DNA of 64,000 bases. Origin: an uncultured Planctomycetota bacterium. Lineage in GTDB: Bacteria > Planctomycetota > Phycisphaerae > Tepidisphaerales > Tepidisphaeraceae. Position numbers and translations under genes: made by a program. Shown piece by piece: positions 9,501 through 18,678 of this stretch (the stretch's first letter is position 1; the number at the start of each line of letters is the position of its first letter). Under the pieces are notes generated by a model that did not search any database, was not told the origin of the DNA, and worked only from the letters and a program-made list of their open reading frames with translations. The stretch spans positions 416,001-480,000 of the forward strand of contig CAWJEN010000005.1 of NCBI GenBank assembly GCA_963841915.1, given 5' to 3'.

Positions 9501-11281
9501 AGCTCGAGCAGGCGGGGAACGATGTGGCTGCGTTGAAGGAAGTCGTCTCAGCCTTTCCGAACAGCCCGGCCGGCGTCAACGCGGCCTTACGGTTGGCGTC
9601 GCTCTGCGACGCCCCCGTTGCCCGGGCCGAGTCGCTTCGTCAGGGATACGCCATCGCCCGACGGCTGCGGGACGATTCGCGGTTGAACGATGTTCTGGCG
9701 CTGATGGCGCAATCCGACCGCGCTAGCGATCGGCTGGATGATGCGGCAGCTCGCCTGCGCGTCATCGCCAGTCGCGACGCCAACCGTCTGCTGAGCGATG
9801 GCAAGACGGCGGAGCAGGCTGCTTACGCGACGGGACGTGAGGCGGTCGAGGCCGACGCGGCGTTGTCGCCGATGCTCGATCTGCCTCAAGGCCTTGCCGA
9901 TGCGCCTTTCGCCGATGCGGTTATCGACATCGCAGACGTCGATCGACTCGTGGCGGTTCCACGTGGAACAGGTCGCGACGACCGCCTCGTCTTTACCCGC
10001 GGCACCACCGTCGGCGTCGCCGATCTCCAGGGTGAGCAATGGGCGACCGACGCAAAGCAGCGTGCCGAAGCGGCTGCCTGGATCGACGACCGCTTGCTGG
10101 CGTGGGGCGAAAGCGGCATCGTCAGCTTCGACGACACAGGAGGGCTTGTCTGGCGAAAGTCGGTCAACGAGCTACAGATTGGTGGCGTGACGGCGGCGAC
10201 CGTTGCCGCCGACGCGGTCGTGCTCTTCGACGGCCAGACGCTCGTCGCCGTCGCCTCCGACGGCTCGACCCGCTGGTCGACCTCGACACCGCTCATCGGC
10301 AGTGGGTCGCTGCAGGGCGCGGCCGACTTCGTGACGCTGTGGTCAGGAACCGAACTCGCATTTCACGACGCGGCAACCGGTCGGCTTCTAGCCCGCCGGT
10401 CGTTTGATGCGTCCGCAGAGCTCGGGGAGGTCGTCGACGTCTTGCCGATCGATGGCGGTCGCGTGGCCGTCGTGACAGAGGCGGCGGTCCTGTTCCTCGA
10501 CCCGCTCGACCCGACCCAGCGGCTCGGCGGCGTCGTGGCCGTTACCCGCGTCGACCGCTCCAAGGGCGCAACCACCTTCGCCGTTGCTGGCCCTACGCCG
10601 GCCAGCGACGAAGCGTTCCGCTGGACCGGCGATCGTCCGCAGCGACGGGTGCGAGAGGTCGCCGGACAGCTCGTCGTCTCGTCTGATCTCAGAAACGCTG
10701 GGCGACGAGACGGCATCATCATCGACCCGCTCGATGGCACGCTCCTGGACGTGCCGACCCCGGTCGATGACGAGCGATTGCCCGTGCTGCTGACAGGTGA
10801 CACGACTGACCCCGCAGCCCTGGGCGAGCTGGCACCACGACTCCTGCAGCGGGCGAATCCGACGCTCCGCAGCGACGAGACGGACGGGCCCGGTGGCGAC
10901 ATCTTCGCCGACGGCACCCGGATCTACGTCACCGGCCTGCGCGGCATCACCGCCTTCGACCTCGACGCACCGGGAGACAATGTCGGGCCGCACTGGTGGC
11001 GGGATGATGACGCCTTCTCTCGCGCCGTAGACCCGTCCCTCATCACCGGCGTGCTGCTGGGTCGCGACTACGTGCTGGTGCTCGACGAGCCGACCTCGGG
11101 TGGTATGCGGATCATTCCGTTCGGTCGTCAGCTCGTGCCCGACAAGGGATACGAGAGCGGACTCGTTCGGCCAGCGCTCGAACTTGATGAGGTGCCGCGT
11201 CAGGTGCAACCGATGCAAGGCGGCATTGCAGTCTTGAACGAAGAAGGCACGCTGCGTCTCTACCGAGGGGCAGGCCAGTGA
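6560..11281 (+). CDS. Large exported PQQ-binding-like beta-propeller repeat protein with TPR-like helical segments (BamB-like repeats)
   Basis: Repeated AVDAATGVPLW, AMDATSGDLLW, IFDATDG and FHDAATG motifs, Ala-rich helical TPR-like regions and a signal-peptide-like N-terminus. Start uncertain (6509 or 6560). Confidence 0.75.
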   Translation: MTKLPCPCVARWTVLASLAVTTTVVAQVQIQLAPTDADPTAAGVYVDDSTQALDQFTLADRLSDLGEWRKAAGVYQEASSRFGNRLIAGDVNGSTQQYRPVREAVRARLAAWPAEGLLAYRERFEPEAQQSLEAARRIDLDASRRTALATLIDQYPLTVASAAATIELIDLHLARGDVATARRTASVAAASSQAFAGLNVDGITSDAAAAFTFRLALSAALVGDAEAAEAAVATLAETYSLATGTVAGNTVNLADTARQVLDNGIARRDATADPTVAATLWPTFDGASDRNRLAASAPGALSPQFAVDALQPTSPEQSQGDAIARRNGSRLTGQMAGVFPVAQEGVIYWSDNASLHAVDLISGEPPTAWSASNPVNDGHLSVEPNATLTPRGVALAPTLIDGRLIATMGRRDLRLEEASRNRQPLEPSVVAVDAATGVPLWTLRVSGLNAQAIAAALGTDDEGDVVNALAECVISSPPVVADAKVWVLAATDSRRGRPFEQSFALAIDTATGELLHVRPLATTGGGQMQMRGNAFIDPPPDVIPAASGGVVYLPTGRGVLAAMDATSGDLLWLNIYGVDQPENNGLANNGRFGNNNVTTSRRRFTSSLPFHAAAPVIDNGRIFFRPPDAEAVLIFDATDGSEIARLPAAPENVIELDRRQSPAPQYGPDVVRTVLAVDGDRLYALGGRKVYCLKWRDNIEAVRAGTFDELAPEAWAHWISTFELIPALRGAAVETIVGRPAVTQTHVVVPTADRLVLIDNETGLRDESRLGNQAAYVSLPPSQTAIDGERGLAGNVLVLDDRVVVAGQTTIGVWFDRATVRRRLLVRIEQTPDDPQPVIELARIDYGSGDVDGALAGLRQAAQMSGGRELAFDAAVALATSRAGAGVGVLLDYAEELAQTPRQQVVARLARLDSRDVPGGADEQLAALRDVLDVAEWRGVDLGGENAGFTARDVIAGRIEGLVAQSRSGLHLPIDDRAAAQLEQAGNDVAALKEVVSAFPNSPAGVNAALRLASLCDAPVARAESLRQGYAIARRLRDDSRLNDVLALMAQSDRASDRLDDAAARLRVIASRDANRLLSDGKTAEQAAYATGREAVEADAALSPMLDLPQGLADAPFADAVIDIADVDRLVAVPRGTGRDDRLVFTRGTTVGVADLQGEQWATDAKQRAEAAAWIDDRLLAWGESGIVSFDDTGGLVWRKSVNELQIGGVTAATVAADAVVLFDGQTLVAVASDGSTRWSTSTPLIGSGSLQGAADFVTLWSGTELAFHDAATGRLLARRSFDASAELGEVVDVLPIDGGRVAVVTEAAVLFLDPLDPTQRLGGVVAVTRVDRSKGATTFAVAGPTPASDEAFRWTGDRPQRRVREVAGQLVVSSDLRNAGRRDGIIIDPLDGTLLDVPTPVDDERLPVLLTGDTTDPAALGELAPRLLQRANPTLRSDETDGPGGDIFADGTRIYVTGLRGITAFDLDAPGDNVGPHWWRDDDAFSRAVDPSLITGVLLGRDYVLVLDEPTSGGMRIIPFGRQLVPDKGYESGLVRPALELDEVPRQVQPMQGGIAVLNEEGTLRLYRGAGQ
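9955..9970. promoter_or_regulatory. parS: parS site (15/16 match) embedded in a CDS
   Basis: GGTTCCACGTGGAACA, which encodes part of AVPRGT in the PQQ-repeat gene. Confidence 0.7.
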
Positions 11282-11787
11282 GGTTCCGCGTCGAACGCCT
11301 TGCCCTGCTCGTCGCCCTGCTGCTGGCAGGTTGTGCGAGCGGTCCCGCATATGTCTCGTACAATGGCAGCTCGGGCTACAGCGAGGTCGAGATTCGACCA
11401 GACGTGTTCGACATCAGCTACCACGGCCGCGAGCGGATGAGCGACGGCCAAGCCATGCAGTACGCCAAACTCCGCGGGGCCGAGCTGGCCCGGCAACGAG
11501 GTCGTGCGCACTTTCGCATCCTTGGCAGGAGCATTGAAGGACGCACCACCTACCGCACCTTCACCCGCGACGTCCGCCTTCAGAGCGACGACCGGCTGGC
11601 GACTATGCGGGTGCCCGTGACGGACATCGACATCGGCCAGCGACCGGTTGCGCTGCTGACGGTCTACATCCTGGACGAGCCGGCCGACGACACGTTCGAG
11701 GCCGAGGCGGTGCTACGGCAGGCTGTCAATGAAGGGCGTGTCGAGCCCGACCGGTTCGCGCTTGCACCAATCACGCGGCCGAATTAG
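11278..11787 (+). CDS. Lipoprotein of unknown function (CC0125/CC1285-like)
   Basis: Lipobox LLAGC and the motifs GYSEVEI...ISYHG...YAKLRGAEL. GTGA overlap with the upstream stop. Confidence 0.7.
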   Translation: MRFRVERLALLVALLLAGCASGPAYVSYNGSSGYSEVEIRPDVFDISYHGRERMSDGQAMQYAKLRGAELARQRGRAHFRILGRSIEGRTTYRTFTRDVRLQSDDRLATMRVPVTDIDIGQRPVALLTVYILDEPADDTFEAEAVLRQAVNEGRVEPDRFALAPITRPN

Positions 11788-11838
11788 GCAAAACGCGCTG
11801 CGCGGCGGCGGCCAAGTGGCTCGCGGCGGAGCGGCAAA

Positions 11839-11854
11839 TGTTCCACGTGGAACA
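11839..11854. promoter_or_regulatory. parS: Canonical parS site
   Basis: Perfect palindrome TGTTCCACGTGGAACA, extending to aaTGTTCCACGTGGAACAtt. Matches the widely conserved chromosomal parS consensus. Confidence 0.92.
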
Positions 11855-11905
11855 TTGGACGCTCTGGCGGCGCGTGGCGAACGTTTTTCCCGCGGCGGAG
11901 GTCGT

Positions 11906-11921
11906 TGTTCCACGTGGAACA
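11906..11921. promoter_or_regulatory. parS: Canonical parS site
   Basis: Second perfect TGTTCCACGTGGAACA, 67 bp after the first, in an intergenic region between convergent genes. Confidence 0.92.
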
Positions 11922-12158
11922 CGTCCAGAATCGACCGCCGGTGCGTCGGCGGCGATGCAGGGGTGCAGAAAACCTCATACCTGCTAATGCACAATTTCAG
12001 GGACAATGTGGTCATCTCCGCTTGCGGGTGCGACGCACCACGACGCCGTGCGCCCTGCGCCGCGGCGGCCGCCTTTGCGCATCAGCATCACGTCGTTCAC
12101 GCAAGGTTCCTCGGCTGCGCACGGGATGACGGAGGAGCACGTCGACGTGCAGGCCGCC

Positions 12159-14330
12159 CTACGCCGACCCGTTCGACGCGGCGTCGGCCAGACGGATGAC
12201 GAAGATCTTGCGAACAGCCGGCAGACACCTTGACTCGTCGCAAGCCTGATACGCCAGCGCCAGCTCGAGCTGACCGCCCGGACTCATCGGTTCGATGAGG
12301 TGGGCCGACAACCGCACGCGGCCGACCAGCTTGCCCTCTGCCGACTGCGGGTAGTCGACGTGGGCGAGCTTGCTGGTGTCCGTCGCCGACAGCTCGACGA
12401 CACGTTCCTGGCCGTCGTGATTCGGCGCGTAGAGGTGGAAGCCGCCCTGGATCTCCAGCACGACGTCGACCTGTCGTTCATCGATCCACTCGCCGGTCAG
12501 GCTCACGACGCGGCCGGCTTCGTCGTCGACGCTCGGCAACTGCGCAGGTCCCTCGCTGCCCTTGACCTCGAAGTTGCCACCCTCAGCCACAACCGCTCGG
12601 GCGGCCCGGGCGAGCGTGCTGGCGTGGCCGGGCTGGTCGGTAATCTGGTCGGCAAACGTGCGGACGATCTTGCGGGCGTCGTTGGTTCGACCGAGGTTGA
12701 CAAGCAGCAACGCCGCCGACCCGTTGCCGCTGGGCAGCGGCGTGTCACCTGCCGTCCGCCTGCGGATCCCGCTCATCAGCACCACGTCGGGATCGTCGGC
12801 CGCGGTCAACGCCAGCGCCCGGCCCGCGACGCCGTCGACGGTAAATCGCTCCAGCATCGCGTCGGCCAGCAAGTCGGCCTCATCGGTCATGCCACAAGCC
12901 AACAGTCCCGCGCCGAAGTGCGCGTAGTCATCGAGTGTCGCATCAGGGCCGGCAGCGCCATCGCGTGACGTGCGAACGAGCGTCTTCGTTGCATGATGAT
13001 CGAGCAGCCACCGGGCGGCACGCGTTGCAGCATCGCGATACCGCGGCTCGTTCAGCAGATCACCGCATGTGGCCAGCGCCTCGATCATGAGACCGTTCCA
13101 GCTCGTGATAATCTTGTCGTCGAGGATCGGCTGTTTTCGCTCGCCGCGGGCGACGAGCAGGCGGTCACGCCACGCCGCCGCTTCGTCCTCGGCGGCGGGC
13201 TCGGCGAGGTACAGCACGTTGGTGTCCGGTGACGTCGGGTTCGGCCCGTGCGGGTCGGCAAAGTTGAAGCCGCGGTCGAGCCCGTAGATCGCGTTGAAGC
13301 GGTCGGCGTCGTCGCCCAGCACGTCGCGCACGTCGTCCGGTGTCCACAGGTAGTTCTTGCCTTCGCTGCCGTCGACTTCAGCGTCCAAGGCCGTGTAGAA
13401 GACGCCGTCGGGCGAGGTCATCTCACGAAGAACGAAGTCGAGGCAGCGCCGGGCGACCTGCTCGAAGCGCGGCTCGCTCAGCTTCGCTGCCGCGTGTGCG
13501 TAGACAGGTGCGAGCATCGCCTGGTCGTAGAGCATGATCTCGAAGTGCGGCACAAGCCACTTGGAGTCGGTGCTGTAGCGATGGAACCCACCACCGAGGT
13601 GGTCCCGGATGCCACCGTCGGCCATGGCGTCGAGCGTGTGGCGGAGCTTGCCTTCCTGTCCGCTGGTTTGGAGCAGGAAGGCCAGCAGCGTTTGCCGCGG
13701 GAACTTGGGTGCTCTGCCGAAGCCGCCGTGCACGGGCTCATAGTCGCTTGCCGCTTCGGCGGTGAGCTTGTCGAACAGGCCACGCTCAAACGTCACGTCG
13801 TGCGTCGGCGGCCTGGGTTCTGCGATGCGGCGAAGCACGTCGGTCACGTTCTCGACCGTCTGCATGACTTCGCCCCGCTTGTCGCGCCACGCTTCGGTCA
13901 TGGCCGTCATCAGCGTGCCGAACCCCGGACGGCCTTGGTGTGGGGGGGCGTCGGTCGGTGGGAAGTAGGTGCCTGCGTAGAACGGCGCACCGTCGGGCGT
14001 GAGGAAAACGCTCATCGGCCACCCGCCCTGCCCGCTGATGACCTGCGTCGCAGCCATGTAGTGCTCGTCGAGGTCGGGCCGTTGTTCGCGGTCGACCTTG
14101 ATGCAGACGAAGCCGTCGTTCATCTGCTTCGCGAGCGTCGCGTTCTCGAAGACCTCACGCTCCATGACGTGACACCAGTAGCACGTCGCGTAGCCGACAC
14201 TGAGAAAGACCGGCACATCGCGTCGCCTGGCCTCGGCAAACGCGGCCGCCGACCAGGGTCGCCAATCGACGGGATTGTCCTTGTGCTGTAGCAGATAAGG
14301 CGACGTCTCACCGGCAAGCGCGTTGGGCAT
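12159..14330 (-). CDS. Thioredoxin domain-containing protein (YyaL/SPATA20/DUF255 family) with a C-terminal DsbD-N-like domain
   Basis: Motifs [48 protein letters not shown] and [12 protein letters not shown]. The C-terminus has GGFHLY...[11 protein letters not shown]. True start ATG 14330. Confidence 0.9.
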   Translation of the reverse strand: MPNALAGETSPYLLQHKDNPVDWRPWSAAAFAEARRRDVPVFLSVGYATCYWCHVMEREVFENATLAKQMNDGFVCIKVDREQRPDLDEHYMAATQVISGQGGWPMSVFLTPDGAPFYAGTYFPPTDAPPHQGRPGFGTLMTAMTEAWRDKRGEVMQTVENVTDVLRRIAEPRPPTHDVTFERGLFDKLTAEAASDYEPVHGGFGRAPKFPRQTLLAFLLQTSGQEGKLRHTLDAMADGGIRDHLGGGFHRYSTDSKWLVPHFEIMLYDQAMLAPVYAHAAAKLSEPRFEQVARRCLDFVLREMTSPDGVFYTALDAEVDGSEGKNYLWTPDDVRDVLGDDADRFNAIYGLDRGFNFADPHGPNPTSPDTNVLYLAEPAAEDEAAAWRDRLLVARGERKQPILDDKIITSWNGLMIEALATCGDLLNEPRYRDAATRAARWLLDHHATKTLVRTSRDGAAGPDATLDDYAHFGAGLLACGMTDEADLLADAMLERFTVDGVAGRALALTAADDPDVVLMSGIRRRTAGDTPLPSGNGSAALLLVNLGRTNDARKIVRTFADQITDQPGHASTLARAARAVVAEGGNFEVKGSEGPAQLPSVDDEAGRVVSLTGEWIDERQVDVVLEIQGGFHLYAPNHDGQERVVELSATDTSKLAHVDYPQSAEGKLVGRVRLSAHLIEPMSPGGQLELALAYQACDESRCLPAVRKIFVIRLADAASNGSA

Positions 14331-14360
14331 GCGACGACGGTATGGGTTACCGGCATTCCG

Positions 14361-14520
14361 CCGGAGGAACGCGAAAGCGCGAAGAAGCGAAGGGACGCGA
14401 AGAGGAGAGAACTGAGAAAAGGCAGACGAAGCGCTCGCCGATAGATTTCTCTGCTGCGTCTGGACCCTCTTTTCTGCACTTCGCGGCCCTTCGCCTCTTA
14501 GCTTCTCCGCGTTCCTCCGG
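14361..14520. repeat. 160-bp intergenic element with 42-bp imperfect terminal inverted repeats (MITE-like/long hairpin)
   Basis: Left arm 14361-14402 matches the reverse complement of 14479-14520 at 35/42 positions, with the outer 13 bp perfect (CCGGAGGAACGCG). Confidence 0.8.
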
Positions 14521-14527
14521 ATCGGCC

Positions 14528-14911
14528 TTACGCGTAGCCGAGATGATCCAGGTCGTCCTCGTCCAGGCCGAAGTAGTGACCCAATTCGTGCAACAGCGTG
14601 ACGCGAACCTGCTCGACCAGATCGTCGGCGTCTTCGGCAAAATCTTCGATGTCCTGGCGGAACAGCCAGATGCGATCGGGCACCATCGCCGGCATGTCGG
14701 CCAACCGGTCGGGAAGCGGCACGCCTTCGTACAAGCCCAGTAACAACTCGTCGGCAGGCACGCCCACCTCGGCCAACTGCTCGCGTGTCGGCCGATCCGT
14801 CACGCCCACCGGCACGTCGTCTCGGATCACGCGGCGGTAGTCGTCGGGCAGTTGCTCGATCGCCGTCTCGACCAGTCGCGCGAACTCGTCCTCGGACACC
14901 TCGTGCGGCAC
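14528..14911 (-). CDS. Zincin-like metallopeptidase family protein
   Basis: Motifs [18 protein letters not shown] and [18 protein letters not shown] (HExxH). The GTG start is approximate. Confidence 0.88.
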   Translation of the reverse strand: MPHEVSEDEFARLVETAIEQLPDDYRRVIRDDVPVGVTDRPTREQLAEVGVPADELLLGLYEGVPLPDRLADMPAMVPDRIWLFRQDIEDFAEDADDLVEQVRVTLLHELGHYFGLDEDDLDHLGYA

Positions 14912-14954
14912 GCACCTTTGTAGGGCCGGCTGTCCGTTCAAGGCTGCGTAGAAC

Positions 14955-15941
14955 ATGGGCATGCTGCGACGACTCGTGCCGATCTTCCTGATCGCGTTCC
15001 TGGCCGGCGGGTGTTCGCTGCCGAGCGTGCTCGTGCAGCCGGTGTCATCGTCGCCGGCGCTCGAAGAGACGACGGTGCTGGCCGGTAAGACGACGCGGCA
15101 GAAGATTGCCGTCATCGAGGTCGAAGGCATGCTTATCAACGCCACGACAGGTGGCGGCCTGCTCGGTAGCGAGGAGAACAAGGTCAGTCTGTTCCGCCAG
15201 CAGCTTGCCAAAGCCGCCAGTGATGACCGTGTCAAGGCCGTCGTGCTTCGCGTCAACTCACCGGGCGGCACGGTCAGTGCCAGCGAGGTCATGTACAACG
15301 ACCTCATGAAGTTCCGGGCCTCGTCGGGTAAGCCCGTCGTCGCCCACTGCCAGGACGTTGCTGCCAGCGGCGGGTATTACGTCGCCGTCGCCGCCGACGA
15401 GATCCACGCGACGCCCACCAGCATCGTCGGCTCGATCGGCGTGATCTTCAACACCATCGACGCCTCCGAGCTCATGGAGAAGGTCGGCGTGAAGGTCGCA
15501 CCCGTCACCAGCGGTCCGCTTAAAGACATGGGCAGCCCCTTCAACGGCCTAGGCGACGTCGAACGCGGCGTCATCGAGGGCATCGTCGACGACCTGTACG
15601 GCCAGTTCACCGGCGTGGTCCTGTCGCGACGCGAGATCAAGGAGCAGGACATTGCCTTCGACGGCCGCGTCTTTACCGGCCGGGACGCGATGCGGATCGG
15701 GCTTGTCGACACGTTGTGCGACCTGGACGCCAGCATCAAGCGGGCCCGCGAGCTGTCGGGGGCCGACGGCGCAACAGCAGTCATGTACAAGAGGCCTTAC
15801 GGCTACCGCGGGAGCATCTACGCGACCTCACCCGCCGGTGGCGTGGGAAGCGCGGGTGGACCGACGGTGATTCACGTGCCGGGATTAGCGGACCTGACAC
15901 GGATGCTTTCGCCCGGCGCGTACTACCTGTGGATGCCGTAG
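14955..15941 (+). CDS. sppA: Signal peptide peptidase SppA (S49), predicted lipoprotein
   Basis: Motifs [24 protein letters not shown] and DGRVFTG, plus lipobox LAGGC. The start may be ATG 14961. Confidence 0.93.
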   Translation: MGMLRRLVPIFLIAFLAGGCSLPSVLVQPVSSSPALEETTVLAGKTTRQKIAVIEVEGMLINATTGGGLLGSEENKVSLFRQQLAKAASDDRVKAVVLRVNSPGGTVSASEVMYNDLMKFRASSGKPVVAHCQDVAASGGYYVAVAADEIHATPTSIVGSIGVIFNTIDASELMEKVGVKVAPVTSGPLKDMGSPFNGLGDVERGVIEGIVDDLYGQFTGVVLSRREIKEQDIAFDGRVFTGRDAMRIGLVDTLCDLDASIKRARELSGADGATAVMYKRPYGYRGSIYATSPAGGVGSAGGPTVIHVPGLADLTRMLSPGAYYLWMP

Positions 15942-15981
15942 AGTATCTGCTACGAGGCGCTTAATGCCTTCTTGAACGCTC

Positions 15982-17061
15982 ATGATTCGATTGCGATGCG
16001 GCAATTGCGGCCAGACGTTGGAGGTGGATGACGCCTTCGCGGGCGGTGTGTGCCGTTGTCGACACTGCGGGACGATTCAGACGGTCCCTGAAGATGCCAA
16101 GGCGGGCGAAGCAGGCCTCGTTGAAGGCGCTGCCTTGCCCGGCGCGGTATCGACGTCGAAGCCCAAGCCGCTGTACCGGCGTGAAGAGCAGCAGGACCAG
16201 GTCGCAAGCGGCCTCGATGAGCTGGCGGACGTGGTGGCCAGCAGCGGCGCGTTGTCGAGCGGCCTGCACCGCACCGCCGCCCGCTCACGTCGCAACAGGC
16301 GATCACCCACCACGTCTGCCAGTCCCGATCTGGCCGCACGCAACGCAGGAGGCAGGCCGGGGCCCGACAAGAAGCTGATCGGTGCCATTGCCGCCGCGGC
16401 TGGACTTGCGGTGGTCGTCGTCATCCTCGCGATCGCGCTGCTCGGCGACGACAAGTCGCCCGCCGACGGCAATACGCCGACACCTTCGCGTGGCTCGACG
16501 ACCTTGGCGGGCATCCCGCTTCAGCCACGCATTTCGTTTGTCGTCGACACCGGCTCTGCCACGCAGGAAGACTTTGCCGAAGCGATGGCGCTCGTGCTGG
16601 ACGTGGTCGAGAAGCTTCCGGGCGACGGTGCGTTCCAGATCGTGCTGTGGCCGCGGCAGGAGATTGGTAATCCTTCACCTGACCCGACGGCATTGCCTTC
16701 AAACGAGCTGCGGACGGCCGGTGAGCGGACGATCTCCAACGTCCGCGATCGCATCGCCGACCTGCCGCTCGGTGGCAGCACGACAGCCGTGCCGGCCCTA
16801 CGCCGAGCCATTGCCGCCAACCCTGACATGATCGTGCTCATAACGGGGAACACTGCATTTCTTGGTGACGACTTTGCCCGCAGCGTGTTGACGGCTTGGC
16901 GTGAGGCGGAAACGACCATACCTGTGCACACCATCGCCGTCGGCACGCGGACGCCGCCCTCGTCGCTCGGCCTCATCGCGGATGAGACGGGTGGCACAAC
17001 GGTTGCCCTTTCGCAGTCCGATCTTCGCCAGGCTCGCCGCGAGCTCGGAGGCGGATCATGA
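15982..17061 (+). CDS. Zinc-ribbon, single-TM, VWA-like domain protein
   Basis: N-terminal CGNCG...CRHCG, one TM segment (IAAAAGLAVVVVILAIALL), and a VWA-like region (FVVDTGSAT, GGSTT, IVLITG, VHTIAV, IADETGG). Confidence 0.75.
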   Translation: MIRLRCGNCGQTLEVDDAFAGGVCRCRHCGTIQTVPEDAKAGEAGLVEGAALPGAVSTSKPKPLYRREEQQDQVASGLDELADVVASSGALSSGLHRTAARSRRNRRSPTTSASPDLAARNAGGRPGPDKKLIGAIAAAAGLAVVVVILAIALLGDDKSPADGNTPTPSRGSTTLAGIPLQPRISFVVDTGSATQEDFAEAMALVLDVVEKLPGDGAFQIVLWPRQEIGNPSPDPTALPSNELRTAGERTISNVRDRIADLPLGGSTTAVPALRRAIAANPDMIVLITGNTAFLGDDFARSVLTAWREAETTIPVHTIAVGTRTPPSSLGLIADETGGTTVALSQSDLRQARRELGGGS

Positions 17062-17480
17062 ACCGGTCGCTGACCGTCGGCCTTGTCGCTTTAGGTGGCC
17101 TGGCGTTGACGACGCTGTTGCTGTGGCTGCTGGCCCCGCCGACGTCTCGCGTCGACGTCCCGTTGGCGGCAACTGTCGAGCTGCGGGACGGCACCGCGTC
17201 AAGCACCTGGACATCAGTCGATGTTCGGGCGTCGGGTGGCAGGCAGCTCAGCGTCGACGGCGCGGGCCAATGGCCTTGCCACTTCATCATCGGGCCGGAC
17301 GGTGACGTGCAGGCGACGGAGCGGTGGCATACCCAGCAATCGGCGGACGCGTCATTCGGCCGCACCGACGCCATCTGTGTCGTTCTTGTCGGTAGCGCCG
17401 ACCGCCTGAGCAGCGAGCAAGTCGAAGCCGCCCGGCAGCTGAAAGCGATGCTGACGCGTCGTTACGGACTGATGCAATAG
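17058..17480 (+). CDS. Membrane-anchored, degenerate Amidase_2 (N-acetylmuramoyl-L-alanine amidase)-like protein
   Basis: HFIIGPDGDVQATERW and AICVVLVG...SSEQVEAARQL...RRYG resemble Amidase_2. N-terminal TM segment and ATGA overlap with the upstream gene. Confidence 0.5.
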   Translation: MNRSLTVGLVALGGLALTTLLLWLLAPPTSRVDVPLAATVELRDGTASSTWTSVDVRASGGRQLSVDGAGQWPCHFIIGPDGDVQATERWHTQQSADASFGRTDAICVVLVGSADRLSSEQVEAARQLKAMLTRRYGLMQ

Positions 17481-17747
17481 TGGCATTTGCCGAACAATCG
17501 ACGGTGCGAACGAAACCGACAGCCCGGTTCGGTCGATGGTAGCTGTAGGTTCTGCCTGCTCCGCCCAAAGGTCGGCAGTTGCCTTGCCGGTACAACCGGC
17601 ACATGATCGCCGGACCGTCCCGGCGTGAAGTTGCGGCTTATGCTGTGACCCGCTGCGACGAATCGACCGCTGCTGACTGACCTCCGACGCACCCACCAGC
17701 CGCCCCGCCGCACTTACCCGACCGACCGCCGACCGCCGCGCGAGTTC

Positions 17748-18632
17748 ATGGCCGACCGACTTCTTCATTACGACTTGCTCGGCACGCTGGGCCAAGGTGC
17801 CGGTAGCACGATCTACCGCGCCAAAGACTCGCAAACGGGACGGCTCGTCGCGATCAAGCACGTCAAGCGGGTCAAGCCCAAAGACTTGCGGTTCGTCGAG
17901 CAGATGGAGACGGAGTTCGACGTCTCGCGCAACTTCACGCACCCTGCATTGCGTCGCTCGTACTCGCTGAAGGTCACCAAGACGATGCTCGTCAAGGTGA
18001 CCGAGGCCATCCTGGTGATGGAGTACATCGATGCCCTGCCGCTGGAGCGTGGTCTGCCCAGCGACCTGCCGGGCGTGATCAGCACGTTCATCGACGCCGC
18101 CGCGGGTTTGGGTGCCATGCACCGCATGGGCTGGGCGCACTGCGACATCAAGCCCAACAACATTCTCCGTGCCGCCGACGGCACGGTGAAGGTGATCGAT
18201 TTCGGCCAGGCCTGCCGCATCGGCACGGTGAAGGAACGCATCCAGGGCACGCCCGACTACATCGCCCCCGAGCAGGTCGAACGCCTACCCATCAAGGAAG
18301 CGACCGACGTCTTCAACCTCGGGGCCAGCATGTACTGGGCTTTGACCGGCAAGCACGTGCCGACGCAGTACCACGCCAAGCGTGCCGGCGAGAACAGCTT
18401 CGTGCTCGACACGCTGTTCAAGAGCCCTCGCGAGCTGAACCGCTCGATCCCGCAGATCGTGAGCGACGTCGTGATGCAGTCGGTCAGCACGAACTCGAAC
18501 AAGCGGCCCCAGACGATGGAGGCGCTCACGCACAAGCTCGAGCTCGGCCGCCACATTCTCGAACGCGACGAAGGCAGCAGCCTTAACGACAGCTTCGACG
18601 AAGACGGCGTCTTCGACGACACAAGGCATTAG
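17748..18632 (+). CDS. Hanks-type serine/threonine protein kinase (cytoplasmic, kinase domain only)
   Basis: Motifs LGQGAGS, VAIK, HCDIKPNN, DFG, GTPDYIAPEQ and DVFNLG. Confidence 0.95.
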   Translation: MADRLLHYDLLGTLGQGAGSTIYRAKDSQTGRLVAIKHVKRVKPKDLRFVEQMETEFDVSRNFTHPALRRSYSLKVTKTMLVKVTEAILVMEYIDALPLERGLPSDLPGVISTFIDAAAGLGAMHRMGWAHCDIKPNNILRAADGTVKVIDFGQACRIGTVKERIQGTPDYIAPEQVERLPIKEATDVFNLGASMYWALTGKHVPTQYHAKRAGENSFVLDTLFKSPRELNRSIPQIVSDVVMQSVSTNSNKRPQTMEALTHKLELGRHILERDEGSSLNDSFDEDGVFDDTRH

Positions 18633-18678
18633 TTCCTGCCGCGGGCGTCGCGACGATGCACAGTCATCACGATCAAGT

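Noticed and set aside
14331..14915. Apparent ~195-aa N-terminal extension of the YyaL-like ORF (12159-14915)
   Set aside because: It runs through the inverted-repeat element and the zincin gene in another frame. The family N-terminus MPNAL begins at 14330 with its own -10.
17485..17745. Possible riboswitch or leader upstream of the Ser/Thr kinase (small hairpin tgccggt-aca-accggca)
   Set aside because: No recognisable riboswitch consensus, and short stems are expected by chance at this GC content.
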